64,000 nucleotides of DNA, taken from IMG/VR virus record IMGVR_UViG_3300029305_002015, positions 36,956 to 100,955 of that record. One strand, given 5' to 3'. This stretch comes from a virus (Duplodnaviria > Caudoviricetes). How positions within the stretch are numbered: the stretch's first letter is position 1; the number at the start of each line of letters is the position of its first letter. The notes beneath the pieces are model-generated. The model had not been told where the DNA came from, ran no database searches, and saw only the letters and a program-made list of their open reading frames with translations. Shown one piece after another: positions 29,207 to 38,807 of this stretch. Made by a program: the position numbers and the translations under genes.

Positions 29207-30909
29207 TGCTAAGATATTTAAATGATCTACCTAATGACTTCGTCGATCAATTAAATATTGATCTGATGAATAAAGCATTTGATAAACCATTGGAAGAATA
29301 CATATTCGACTCATTCAAAGGATTTGAAATTCTGCCCAATATTAAAATCCTTGGATATGAGTGGGTTCCCGATGAGGATAAATATGATATCAATGACCAT
29401 GTCATTCGTCGTAACTCTAATAAGAATAAGGTCATTAAGAATATAGCTGAAACTCGTTGTGGTGTAATGTATATTGACATTGAGGTATCTGGTCTTGATA
29501 AGAATGGTGTGATGAAAGTTCACTATATCAAGAAACCTCTTGTCATTCCTATTGAAGATAGCCATGGTTATTATCTTATTAAAGGAAAGAAATGCTATCT
29601 AATCTATCAGATGGTAGATAAGATGTTATATCCATCCTTTGGTGCTGTAACTATTAAATCCTTAATGCCTATCTGTGTTAAGACTACAAAAGAAAACTTT
29701 ACTGATCAGGGTGGTACGGAATATACAATTCCTATTTATAACATCCAGATTTTTAAGTCTGCAATCAATGTATTAATGATCTATAGTAACCTTACTATCA
29801 CTAAATGTCTCAATTTCATGGAAGTAGATCGTTTCATTCATATTGAATGTAAAGACAAAGAATATCCTCAGAGTGATAAGGTGTTAAGATTTGATTGCGG
29901 AAAGAAAAGTAATATCATTGTAACTGTAATCAAAGACATCTTTGAGAAAGAGATTTATGTACAGTCTGTAGTTGGTTGTCTGATTAAACTATTCGAAGAA
30001 ACCAAGATTGCTTATGAAGATATTGACAACTGGGAACAGTGGATGATTCTTGTTGGTGGAAAGAATACCATTCGTCGTGGTCAATATCAGCATATCTTCT
30101 TCAATCGTTTGTTAGATGATGTAACCAGAAAAGAGCTCAAAATTGATGACTATGATAAACAGAATATCTATTATCTTCTGAGATGGATCATTCAGAATTA
30201 TCATACTCTATGGGCGAAAGATAATCTATCAATGATTAATAAGAGACTCCGCTGTAAAGAATATCTTGGAACTCTAATTACAGCTGAAGTATCTAAGCGT
30301 ATTAATCGTATCGTTAGTCTAGGTGACAAAGCTACTATTAAAGAGTATCTTAATCTATTCAAGTTCCCTGAAGATATTTTCATTACTAAGATCTATAGTA
30401 GTGGTGTTCTTAGATATGCTGAGACAAACTCTGATATGGACTTCGGTAATAAATTAAAGCTTACTAAGAAAGGTCCTAATGCACTTGGTGCTAATGATAG
30501 TAGACGAATCCCGATCCGTCAGAGAACTCTCCATCCTAGCATGGTTGGTTGGTTAGATCTTGCAGATTCATCTTCTAGCGATCCTGGACAGTCAGCATCT
30601 CTATCTCCTTATTGTGATATGAAGTCTATGTACTTCGATGAATCTCTGTATGAAAATGAGATGCACTATAAGATTGCAAAGTATCTAGATGAATATCCTC
30701 TCGATGATGATCATGAGGAACTAAGGATTGTTTGTGATAGTGAGACCGAATACAATAATGTTCTCAATGCTCTATTCAAAGCGTCTGAAGGAAAGATAAA
30801 GATATTCGGTACATCAAACAACCCAATGGAAATTGTTGTCGAACGGGATCCTCGTGAAGGATATCGTGTATTCGATGAGAATTTCTTGATGAATTCGGAG
30901 GAGGAATAA
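29206..30909 (+). CDS. Multisubunit RNA polymerase beta subunit, N-terminal half (split beta, jumbo-phage type)
   Basis: 567 aa; IPIEDSHGYYLIKGKKCYLIYQ matches beta 'IPxMTxxGxFIINGxERVIVSQ'; RTLHPSMVGWLDLADSSSSDPGQSASLSP matches 'RDVHxSHYGRxCPxETPEGxNxG' with phage-type divergence. Confidence 0.8.
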   Translation: MLRYLNDLPNDFVDQLNIDLMNKAFDKPLEEYIFDSFKGFEILPNIKILGYEWVPDEDKYDINDHVIRRNSNKNKVIKNIAETRCGVMYIDIEVSGLDKNGVMKVHYIKKPLVIPIEDSHGYYLIKGKKCYLIYQMVDKMLYPSFGAVTIKSLMPICVKTTKENFTDQGGTEYTIPIYNIQIFKSAINVLMIYSNLTITKCLNFMEVDRFIHIECKDKEYPQSDKVLRFDCGKKSNIIVTVIKDIFEKEIYVQSVVGCLIKLFEETKIAYEDIDNWEQWMILVGGKNTIRRGQYQHIFFNRLLDDVTRKELKIDDYDKQNIYYLLRWIIQNYHTLWAKDNLSMINKRLRCKEYLGTLITAEVSKRINRIVSLGDKATIKEYLNLFKFPEDIFITKIYSSGVLRYAETNSDMDFGNKLKLTKKGPNALGANDSRRIPIRQRTLHPSMVGWLDLADSSSSDPGQSASLSPYCDMKSMYFDESLYENEMHYKIAKYLDEYPLDDDHEELRIVCDSETEYNNVLNALFKASEGKIKIFGTSNNPMEIVVERDPREGYRVFDENFLMNSEEE

Positions 30910-30913
30910 ATCA

Positions 30914-31582
30914 ATGAAGCAGATTGTTAAATATAGAATACTCACCATTGCTGGTAAGTTGACAATGGAAGTCCGTCTTACAGTAAATGATTCGGCTGCT
31001 TATATCAGCATGAGAGATGGAGTTAAATATGTAAATGTTAATATGACTCCTTTCATCGGTATATCTCTTACAAAGCCAGCAGAGATCGATGAAAGTGGAA
31101 ATCGTATTAGAGCTCCATGGAATCCAAACGATCATTTAGGTTTAACCAAGTACAATCTTCCTATTCTATATGAAGAGTTACATGGTATTCAGCAGGATAT
31201 GAAACAAGCTAACCTCTATACTTATCATGGTAAGAGACTTGAGATTAATGAAAATCTTGCTGAAAAGGTTCGCCGTGTATTCATGATTGGCAATATCACG
31301 GTCGAGTTATCTGCTGTTGTCATTGTACAACTTGATGAGACTAGAGTAGAAGGTGTCAAAATGAAGTTCAATAAAGAACCTCACTCTGTTCTCTTAACAG
31401 TGAATGAACTAAATTCACTAGTATTCAATATTGCTCATATGGATATTGATGCTATTACATTAGCAATGTATCAAGCATTCATTGATAAGCCTGCTAATAG
31501 TATTACATCCAATACAGTCAATGTTGATTTCCCTCTGCCTCCTCCCATGGATGTAGATATTGTACCTAAAGAACGAGGATAA
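30914..31582 (+). CDS. Hypothetical protein downstream of RNAP subunit
   Basis: 222 aa; RBS GGAGGAGG. Confidence 0.7.
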   Translation: MKQIVKYRILTIAGKLTMEVRLTVNDSAAYISMRDGVKYVNVNMTPFIGISLTKPAEIDESGNRIRAPWNPNDHLGLTKYNLPILYEELHGIQQDMKQANLYTYHGKRLEINENLAEKVRRVFMIGNITVELSAVVIVQLDETRVEGVKMKFNKEPHSVLLTVNELNSLVFNIAHMDIDAITLAMYQAFIDKPANSITSNTVNVDFPLPPPMDVDIVPKERG

Positions 31583-31590
31583 CTAAATAC

Positions 31591-31622
31591 ATACAGGAGA
31601 GCCCAGTTCGGCTCTCCTGTAT
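31591..31622 (+). terminator. Hairpin, putative terminator
   Basis: atacaggagagcc-N6-ggctctcctgtat. Confidence 0.7.
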
Positions 31623-31633
31623 TGTACTTTGAT

Positions 31634-31643
31634 TATATATTAT
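31634..31643 (+). promoter_or_regulatory. Putative early promoter motif
   Basis: TATATATTAT just after a terminator. Confidence 0.5.
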
Positions 31644-31701
31644 AAAAATGATTAGGGATAAAGAATGTTTCAAATATTAAAATGTATTGGTAGGTGATTA
31701 T

Positions 31702-32586
31702 ATGATTGGAATTATCCCGAGTAACAATAAAACCTTTGAAGTTCATGGTAGTTTTAATACTGATAATCCAATCGAAGGAAAATTGTATTATCACCCTGAA
31801 ACCGAAAGATTGTATTTCTATTCCAAGAAAGAGAATAGAGCAAATCCCAGGACTGGGTACTTTCCTGTATGGGATGGTAAGAACACATATACTTCCAACT
31901 TTGCAATAGAAAAGTATTTCAATAAGGATGTAACCAAAACGGATATTGCAAGTATGTGTTCTAGAATCAGTAAAGATGTTGCCAAAGAAGTCCTGTATAA
32001 ACAGAGACGAAGTGAGAATAATGAAATTCTTAAACCACAATTAGCTGATGGAGATAACATGTTTACTCAGTGCATCAAAGGAGTTATCAATGTCAAACAA
32101 ATTACAATGGTTGATCTTATTGATATGGCTTCTCCACTATTATCTCCTAAAGCAATTGAAAATTATTATGCTGCACTTATCCGTATTACATTCATGCGAC
32201 TCGATAAATGGAACATATGGGTTGATGATATACTTCATCTCAGTTATAAGGTCGAGGTATATAGAGATGGAAAGAAATTGCTTACATACCAATATCCAAA
32301 GAATGAGTTCGATACTGGTATAGTTAAGTATGATAGTATAATCAATACCCAAGATGATCCATTTAAAAAGATTATTAAGATCTTAATGATTATGGAGAAT
32401 ATAACAAAGAACTCGTTAAGATCTGATGAAATTGATGATTATACCATCAATAATATGATGACAACATTGAATGGTAAAAAGTCTTTGTCTGCTCAATTGT
32501 TTAGTCGATTCATCCGTATGGCTAAGTTATCATACACTGTTACGATCTATGATAACGGCAAAGAAATATTTGAATATCAGGAGTAG
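31702..32586 (+). CDS. Protein with tandem HTH-like repeat, putative DNA-binding protein
   Basis: ATG at 31702 after AGGTGA; internal duplication ending LSYKVEVYRDGKKLLTYQ / LSYTVTIYDNGKEIFEYQ. Confidence 0.55.
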   Translation: MIGIIPSNNKTFEVHGSFNTDNPIEGKLYYHPETERLYFYSKKENRANPRTGYFPVWDGKNTYTSNFAIEKYFNKDVTKTDIASMCSRISKDVAKEVLYKQRRSENNEILKPQLADGDNMFTQCIKGVINVKQITMVDLIDMASPLLSPKAIENYYAALIRITFMRLDKWNIWVDDILHLSYKVEVYRDGKKLLTYQYPKNEFDTGIVKYDSIINTQDDPFKKIIKILMIMENITKNSLRSDEIDDYTINNMMTTLNGKKSLSAQLFSRFIRMAKLSYTVTIYDNGKEIFEYQE

Positions 32587-32601
32587 AAATGAGGTGATAT
32601 A

Positions 32602-32889
32602 ATGTTAAGAAATATCAACTATTTTCAGTACCTAATGAATATCCCATCATCTGAATATACTGCTGGGGCTACATTGATAATTGATATAAAGCATAGTACC
32701 GCTAATATCAAATTTGCGAATGACGAAACCAAGGAAAAGTTTGATGAGATCATGGAAGAGTATTATGAACAAACAGTTGATTTTATCAAGTTCCTTAAGA
32801 TCGCAAGTCAACTTGGCCTAGATGTTGATGGTGATACTGTAACTCTTGATCTCTTTATTACAATCAGAGATCAGTTGGATTTGGAATAA
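32602..32889 (+). CDS. Hypothetical protein
   Basis: 95 aa; RBS GAGGTG. Confidence 0.65.
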   Translation: MLRNINYFQYLMNIPSSEYTAGATLIIDIKHSTANIKFANDETKEKFDEIMEEYYEQTVDFIKFLKIASQLGLDVDGDTVTLDLFITIRDQLDLE

Positions 32890-32900
32890 GGAGGTCAATG

Positions 32901-33122
32901 GTGGCTAAAGAAGATCTAATTGAGATGGAAGGTGCTGTAGTAGAAGCACTTCCTGGTGGAATGTTTGATATTCAAACAGATGATGGTAATAAAGTATTAG
33001 GTCATCTATCTGGTAAATTAAAGATGAACCATATCAGGGTCTTAGTTGGAGACCGAGTAACAATTTGTGTATCCCCATATGATACAAGTCGAGGCCGTAT
33101 CACATGGAGACATAAAAAATAA
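32901..33122 (+). CDS. infA: Translation initiation factor IF-1
   Basis: GTG at 32901 after AAGGAGG gives MAKEDLIEMEGAVVEALP...GHLSGKLKMNHIRVLVGDRVTICVSPYDTSRGRITWR. Confidence 0.95.
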   Translation: MAKEDLIEMEGAVVEALPGGMFDIQTDDGNKVLGHLSGKLKMNHIRVLVGDRVTICVSPYDTSRGRITWRHKK

Positions 33123-33139
33123 TAATGGAGGTATTAGAT

Positions 33140-33586
33140 ATGAAATTCCTTGATAAGAAAGGCAATACCCACAGATCATATTTGGGAGCTATGGCCAGTG
33201 ATGTAATTGGCATTATTCGTCCCAATAAGAAGAAACCTGTAACACCTGTTAATATTCCTATGGATGATAATTTTATTGATGATATGCATGATGATGATAT
33301 CATCGATGTAGATTGTCAACCTGCAGATGAAGAGGAACCTGTATATCCTATGGATGAGGTATTTGAACCCGGAGTAACTCCTAAGATTCCTATGGATAAA
33401 AAGAAGCATACTGCAAGAATCGACTTTGAAAATCATCAGATTTACCTTGAGGATCAAGATGGAAAAGTAATCACAACTACGAGATTTGATTCCAGACTTG
33501 ATAACTGTCCTACTAAGGATTTATTTAATATGATATTTGATGAGGTTCAAAGCACAAGTCATATCGATCCACCATCAAATGGTTAA
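33140..33586 (+). CDS. Hypothetical protein
   Basis: ATG at 33140 after GGAGG (track starts at 33125); acidic middle. Confidence 0.65.
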   Translation: MKFLDKKGNTHRSYLGAMASDVIGIIRPNKKKPVTPVNIPMDDNFIDDMHDDDIIDVDCQPADEEEPVYPMDEVFEPGVTPKIPMDKKKHTARIDFENHQIYLEDQDGKVITTTRFDSRLDNCPTKDLFNMIFDEVQSTSHIDPPSNG

Positions 33587-33625
33587 AATAAAGAGGAGGG
33601 GATCATCTCCCCTCCTTTATTTTTT
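33587..33625. terminator. Bidirectional terminator
   Basis: A tract, ggagggga-tcatc-tcccctcc, T tract; between convergent genes. Confidence 0.75.
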
Positions 33626-33627
33626 AA

Positions 33628-34602
33628 TTAGTCTTCTTTTTTACCGTCTTCTTCTTTCTTAACCTTAGCTTCTACTTCCTTACGGATAGCATCAATTTCT
33701 CTTGTAAGTTCAGCATTCATCTTACGGTCAATGAAGATGACAAAGGTGCGTCTAGTATTCTTTGTATCACCAGCAAGCTTAGACTTCATATTCTTGAAGT
33801 TAAATAACTGACCATAACCATAGCACTGATAGCACAGAATCTTATATTTACCAAGCTTATCAGCAAATTTCTCAGTCAGACGCTTACAGAAATCAGTGGC
33901 ATTCTGAGTCTCAATATCAAACATACCGATCATCTGCCAATAGAAGTTCTGACCAAATACTCTCATATTGAAACGAGACTTGAGACGATTCCACCAGCCC
34001 AGATCATAGAAATCAAGACCTTCTTTCTCAATCTCATCAACAACATCAGAACGTAGATCCTTAACCAGATCTCTAATCTTTTCTTTATCAGATCTATTAA
34101 CGGCCTCAAACATAGGACCAGAGATCATGGCTTCAACAAGAGCAGCCTCTTCGAAAGCTTCCTGCTGACGGATTAGAGAATCATCAATAACCTGAACATT
34201 CTCTAACATCTCCATCAGTTCATAACCTTCCTTGAAGCTCTTCTTCAGAGCAGCAAGAGCAGCATCATACTGGTCAGTAGTAAGAGTTACCTTATTGGGA
34301 ACAGGGATACTCTTATCATCATAAGGCTTAGCCTTAGGAGTCTCACTATCTCCACCAGGAATACTTACACTAGCAGCATCATAAGGCTTAGCCTTAGGAG
34401 TCTCACTATCTCCACCAGGTACAGGAATAGAAGTTTCCTTAGCACCAGTTGCATCCTTATCAAAATGCTCTTCAGGATGATTCGTATCGGGATTCTTATG
34501 AGCAAATTCAGCAGTTTCATTGATATTCATAGAGAGGATATCATTATCGCCCATATTATCAAAGTTCTCAAGATTAAATAGACCTTTACTCATTTCAAAC
34601 AT
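33628..34602 (-). CDS. Putative internal head protein with acidic propeptide
   Basis: 324 aa; acidic N-half with duplicated PGGDSETPKAKPYD; LVEA/MFEA candidate cleavage sites; basic C-half. Confidence 0.45.
   Translation of the reverse strand: MFEMSKGLFNLENFDNMGDNDILSMNINETAEFAHKNPDTNHPEEHFDKDATGAKETSIPVPGGDSETPKAKPYDAASVSIPGGDSETPKAKPYDDKSIPVPNKVTLTTDQYDAALAALKKSFKEGYELMEMLENVQVIDDSLIRQQEAFEEAALVEAMISGPMFEAVNRSDKEKIRDLVKDLRSDVVDEIEKEGLDFYDLGWWNRLKSRFNMRVFGQNFYWQMIGMFDIETQNATDFCKRLTEKFADKLGKYKILCYQCYGYGQLFNFKNMKSKLAGDTKNTRRTFVIFIDRKMNAELTREIDAIRKEVEAKVKKEEDGKKED
34317..34419. repeat. Identical 43-bp direct repeat, 60-bp period
   Basis: catcataaggcttagccttaggagtctcactatctccaccagg at 34317 and 34377. 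Confidence 0.95.
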
Positions 34603-34641
34603 CTCCTTTATTTATTATAAATTATTAACGTGTTTCCTTGA

Positions 34642-36159
34642 TTAACGTTCTGTAAATCCATAATCGATAGAAATCCACTTATCTCCACGTTTACCAACGT
34701 TTCCAGAGTGAATATCAGATATATTAACTGATAGACCTGTATCATGAACTACCTGATTCAAGTCCTGACGTAATTTATTAATTGCTGCGTTAACTTCAAA
34801 GCTATTTTTATCAAAGTTAGTATCAGCCTTTTCCATAGATATTACGCATTTGTTGGTAGTAGCTTCTTCAACCCTAGCAATTATATCTTCACGATTATGT
34901 TTCTTCAATGTGTTGTAAACCATTAACTCAGCATTGTTAGCACGTACACCGTATTGATTAATTGCGATCTTGGTTACAACATCTTTACCAGTTGGGAATA
35001 GAGCTAAACGACTTTGACCCATCTTAGGTCTCATTTGATTAGCATCTCCACGCATATCACTAGAGCATACAGCAAATGCGTTAAATGCAACATATTTAGA
35101 TGGAACATTACCTTTGATACAACCCTCAATGAATTTACTTAAAGTTTCATTATCATTGATAATGCCAACATATTTAGCATCAATCTCATGCATCTTGGTC
35201 ATTGATCCAGTAATCAAAGTTATTCCAAACTGAAGATGATATGCTAGTTCTGCTAACTTATTTAATGCTTTCAATACTAGGGGATTATTTCCACCAGGAA
35301 TACTTTCAGGATCATCATAGAAAGTAAAAGATTGATTGAATGCATTAAGTGTTTCATTAAATTGATTAATTTGGTTCATTGTCAAACCAAAAGAATTATG
35401 TACACTAATTCTACCAAATAGTGCTGTTGTAAATTTTTGAACATCATTTGAAAATGTGGTAGCATTAAATAATCCCTGTTCCCAACTTTTAGCATCTAGC
35501 TGCTTAATAATATTTGTAAATTGAGACATATAATCAGGATGATCGATTAAGAAATAAATCATTAATGCACCATCCCAAGCAGCTACAGGTTCACCATGTG
35601 CAGGAACGTAATCCTTTATATCAGGATTATTCCTATAATTAGGATTCTGTGCATGAGCTTCAGGGGATATTCTATTTGGATAAAAAACAATTTGATCATT
35701 CTCGATCTTACAGATAAGATCTTTATAGGCAAGTTCTATTGTATTAGCCGATGGAGGAACTGTGTTATCTGTCACCTCTGGATTAAACTCCAATTTGATG
35801 GATTTTGGTTTATCTTTACCTTCAGATTTAGGCTTACTCTTAGAAGCACTAGCAACAGCATCAGGAATTACTTCTTCCAGAATCTGATCAGCAGATTTTG
35901 ATTTTCTAGAAAATAATCTCTTTATGAATGAAGTAAAACGATTCCATTGTTTTACTAACCACTGCCAGAACCGTTTAATTAGAGCCCATAATTTAGAAAA
36001 GACATTCTTCTTTGTAACAGGATTAGTAGATGCTTCAGCTAAAAAAGAAGCCATGAAGTCATCGCCTTTTTCGAAATAGTTATCAAAGTAGACGTCATCT
36101 AGTAAATTAGATATAGGATCTAATGCAAACTGTTCTGTTATTGCATTAGCATATGACAT
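34642..36159 (-). CDS. Head-protein-like N-terminus fused to C-terminal protein-kinase-like domain
   Basis: 505 aa; FLAEA then KLWALIKRFWQWL amphipathic helix; C-terminal GQSR, VVTKIA, NNAE, DIHSGN, IDYG. Confidence 0.7.
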   Translation of the reverse strand: MSYANAITEQFALDPISNLLDDVYFDNYFEKGDDFMASFLAEASTNPVTKKNVFSKLWALIKRFWQWLVKQWNRFTSFIKRLFSRKSKSADQILEEVIPDAVASASKSKPKSEGKDKPKSIKLEFNPEVTDNTVPPSANTIELAYKDLICKIENDQIVFYPNRISPEAHAQNPNYRNNPDIKDYVPAHGEPVAAWDGALMIYFLIDHPDYMSQFTNIIKQLDAKSWEQGLFNATTFSNDVQKFTTALFGRISVHNSFGLTMNQINQFNETLNAFNQSFTFYDDPESIPGGNNPLVLKALNKLAELAYHLQFGITLITGSMTKMHEIDAKYVGIINDNETLSKFIEGCIKGNVPSKYVAFNAFAVCSSDMRGDANQMRPKMGQSRLALFPTGKDVVTKIAINQYGVRANNAELMVYNTLKKHNREDIIARVEEATTNKCVISMEKADTNFDKNSFEVNAAINKLRQDLNQVVHDTGLSVNISDIHSGNVGKRGDKWISIDYGFTER

Positions 36160-36185
36160 TTATGTACATCTCCTTTCTTTAATAA

Positions 36186-36223
36186 AAAAATGAACCCCCT
36201 TAACAATTAGGGGGTTCATTTTT
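36186..36223 (-). terminator. Intrinsic terminator
   Basis: aaaaatgaaccccct-N7-agggggttcattttt. Confidence 0.75.
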
Positions 36224-36224
36224 A

Positions 36225-36497
36225 TCACTTGTTGAGTTCATCAACAAGCGACTGCCATTCTTTTTCTGCTAGGGGTGTGAAAATTCTTAATTGTGTTTTT
36301 AGATCTCTCATCATCTCACAGAGGATGCCATATTCATATATTTGTTTCATTGTTGGCATCTCCTCAGATGGATTATCAGGTGTTTTGCGTAATGCTTCAA
36401 TGTCTTCTTCAGTATACTTATAAGTCCATTTCTGACTATCACCAGTAACATATTTAGATCCATCAGGTTTAGGAATACGAGGTAATTTACGACTCAT
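36225..36497 (-). CDS. Hypothetical protein
   Basis: ATG (MSRKLP) at 36497 after AGGAG (track starts at 36521). Confidence 0.6.
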   Translation of the reverse strand: MSRKLPRIPKPDGSKYVTGDSQKWTYKYTEEDIEALRKTPDNPSEEMPTMKQIYEYGILCEMMRDLKTQLRIFTPLAEKEWQSLVDELNK

Positions 36498-36513
36498 AGT
36501 AGATTCTCCTAAA

Positions 36514-37230
36514 TTAATCAACGTAGAATTCCTTCATGTCATCCAACCTGATACAAGCAAGGCGCCCACCTTCAACATCGCTAAACTGATAGGCTGCTCC
36601 GCAATCAATACCAATAATATTACCCTTATGATAAATTTCCATTGGTACCTTTCCAGTTAGATTACATGTAGGAGTATGTCCAAAGATCGTTATGAAGTTA
36701 TCAATCTCAGAAAATACATGGATAAGCTCTCTTTCCCATACAGAGAAATATGCTCTAGATTCGCCCATGAGTTGATCTTCAAGTGCATCATACAACTCAC
36801 AAGGAACTGCATGAACCAACTTAAAGTTCTTACCATTGACTTCAAGATCATACTTAAGAGGGAGATCATTTAGATATTTCTTAATCTCCTTCTTCTCCTC
36901 AGATGAAAGTTTATTCCATGCCTGGAAAGTTATTCTACCCCCATTCATAAACCATTGTTTCTTCAGCTCATAGTTCGGTAAACCAGCTGTACATCCTTCA
37001 GGTTCATACGGAAATCCAAGTGCATCCATCATCATATACTCATGATTACCAAGAAGCATATGGACATTCTCCATCTTAATGATTCTCTGGAGAAGTTCGA
37101 TTCCATAAGGATTCCTATCAACTATATCACCCAGGATGAACAGTTCGTCGCTATCAGAAAAATTGATCTTCTTAAGCATACTATCAAAAGCTTTCTTATT
37201 GCCGTGAATATCAGACATAACATAAATCAT
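36514..37230 (-). CDS. Ser/Thr protein phosphatase (PPP family, lambda NinI-like)
   Basis: SDIHG, LGDIVDR, LGNHE, W-x-x-NGG, VHA, FGHTP, IDCG motifs; ATG at 37230 after AAAGGAG. Confidence 0.92.
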   Translation of the reverse strand: MIYVMSDIHGNKKAFDSMLKKINFSDSDELFILGDIVDRNPYGIELLQRIIKMENVHMLLGNHEYMMMDALGFPYEPEGCTAGLPNYELKKQWFMNGGRITFQAWNKLSSEEKKEIKKYLNDLPLKYDLEVNGKNFKLVHAVPCELYDALEDQLMGESRAYFSVWERELIHVFSEIDNFITIFGHTPTCNLTGKVPMEIYHKGNIIGIDCGAAYQFSDVEGGRLACIRLDDMKEFYVD

Positions 37231-37255
37231 ACTTCTCATCTCCTTTCTTACTAAT

Positions 37256-37265
37256 ATAATATATA
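37256..37265 (-). promoter_or_regulatory. Putative early promoter motif
   Basis: TATATATTAT on the minus strand about 25 bp upstream of the phosphatase. Confidence 0.5.
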
Positions 37266-37322
37266 TTTAGCAAGAAATGAGATACTATAAGTATTATTTG
37301 TGTATGTTTGGAGTATCATTGA

Positions 37323-38783
37323 TTATATATTCCATCGTCTACCAACATAACTTCGGTTGATTGCAGCATAGTCAACAGCCACATATTCATCCTTACCATT
37401 ATTATGTCTAATACCAATATTCTTATGATGGATATCTTGTGTTACATTAACAGGAATACTATGTTTCTGCATAATATTCTCAATATGAGATCTTACCCGA
37501 AAAACGATATGCATAGGAGCATCTTCTTTAGTATCAACTCGTTCAACTGTACTAACACAGCCATTTTCACTAACATTAATGACTCTAGCCAGTATACTTG
37601 CATCACCAGTTTCATCAAACTTCTGATAAATATTATACTCAGACATATTAGAGTTAATACCCCATTGAGATAATGCAAGTTTATAAACAATCTCTTCATT
37701 AGGCGGGAAGAATACAACACGAGATTGACCCCAAACAGGTTTAAATGCATCACCATCACCCTTAAGATTTTTTGTAGACACTAAGTAACTGTTGAAAGAT
37801 AAATACTTAGCAGGGAACTTAGCTTGAATACACTTCTCTACAAATTTACTTAAAGTTTCAGGATCATCAATAGTTTCACAGTAAGAAGGATCAATTGTGT
37901 AAACTTCTTTAATTGCTTTGGTGATAAGATTCATACCCATCTGGATTGTAGTCATTGTACCAGAAAAAGCATTGATAACACTTATATCTCCGCTGAATTT
38001 AACATATGGATTGGAAACACCTTCAATTGCTTTCAGGATATCATTGATTACACCTTGGGTATCCATTAACTGTCTAAGTGTAATATTATGAGGAGATTTG
38101 ATATAACCTTGATCATTAGCACCATCTTGAATGAGTCTACAGAAATTGTTTACATCATTTAGGGTACTACGTTCAATATGATCTGCATTAATAGCTCTAG
38201 CAATATCATAACCCATATTCTTTAAGACGTTATTCTTATCTTCAATTAACTTGAGGGTATATAAGAAGCAACGTATATCAGGGCCAGGATCATTACCAGG
38301 CATCTTACCCTGTGCACGCTTAAGTAGATTTGCCCAAATAATCTTATTGGTAGTAATGGTAATAGTTTCACCATCTTCCTCAAACTTTAAAAACATCGGT
38401 TTCAACATTAACTCGATTTCTTCAGAGCCAATATTGATTTCGGATTTATCACTTGCAGGAATGTGAACTTTACCTTCCTTGATGTCTTTTCTAGAAACAA
38501 CACCAAGTTCAAGTAAGATCTGTTCAGTACTCTTGGTCTTTTTCTTAAACAGAGACTTGATAACATTGATAAGATTACCTAGAGCTTTCCAGATCCACCT
38601 AAATACTTTCTTTAATAGTTCCCATAGACGAGTAAGGACATTACTCTTTGTTACAACTCCATCAGATGCTTCTTTGATAACATCTTCATAGAATTTGAAT
38701 CCATCATCGAATACACTAAAGTCTGTCTCTAGATATTCTTCTAATGGATTCAGTTGGAATTTCTCCATTAATAACGCATCCAT
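37323..38783 (-). CDS. Head-protein-like N-terminus fused to protein-kinase-like domain (paralog of 34642-36159)
   Basis: 486 aa; VIKEA then RLWELLKKVFRWIW; GQSR, IVYKLA, NMSE, DIHHKN, VDYA; shared ETLSKFxExCI block. Confidence 0.7.
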   Translation of the reverse strand: MDALLMEKFQLNPLEEYLETDFSVFDDGFKFYEDVIKEASDGVVTKSNVLTRLWELLKKVFRWIWKALGNLINVIKSLFKKKTKSTEQILLELGVVSRKDIKEGKVHIPASDKSEINIGSEEIELMLKPMFLKFEEDGETITITTNKIIWANLLKRAQGKMPGNDPGPDIRCFLYTLKLIEDKNNVLKNMGYDIARAINADHIERSTLNDVNNFCRLIQDGANDQGYIKSPHNITLRQLMDTQGVINDILKAIEGVSNPYVKFSGDISVINAFSGTMTTIQMGMNLITKAIKEVYTIDPSYCETIDDPETLSKFVEKCIQAKFPAKYLSFNSYLVSTKNLKGDGDAFKPVWGQSRVVFFPPNEEIVYKLALSQWGINSNMSEYNIYQKFDETGDASILARVINVSENGCVSTVERVDTKEDAPMHIVFRVRSHIENIMQKHSIPVNVTQDIHHKNIGIRHNNGKDEYVAVDYAAINRSYVGRRWNI

Positions 38784-38807
38784 TCTTACTATCTCCTTTC
38801 AAAAATA

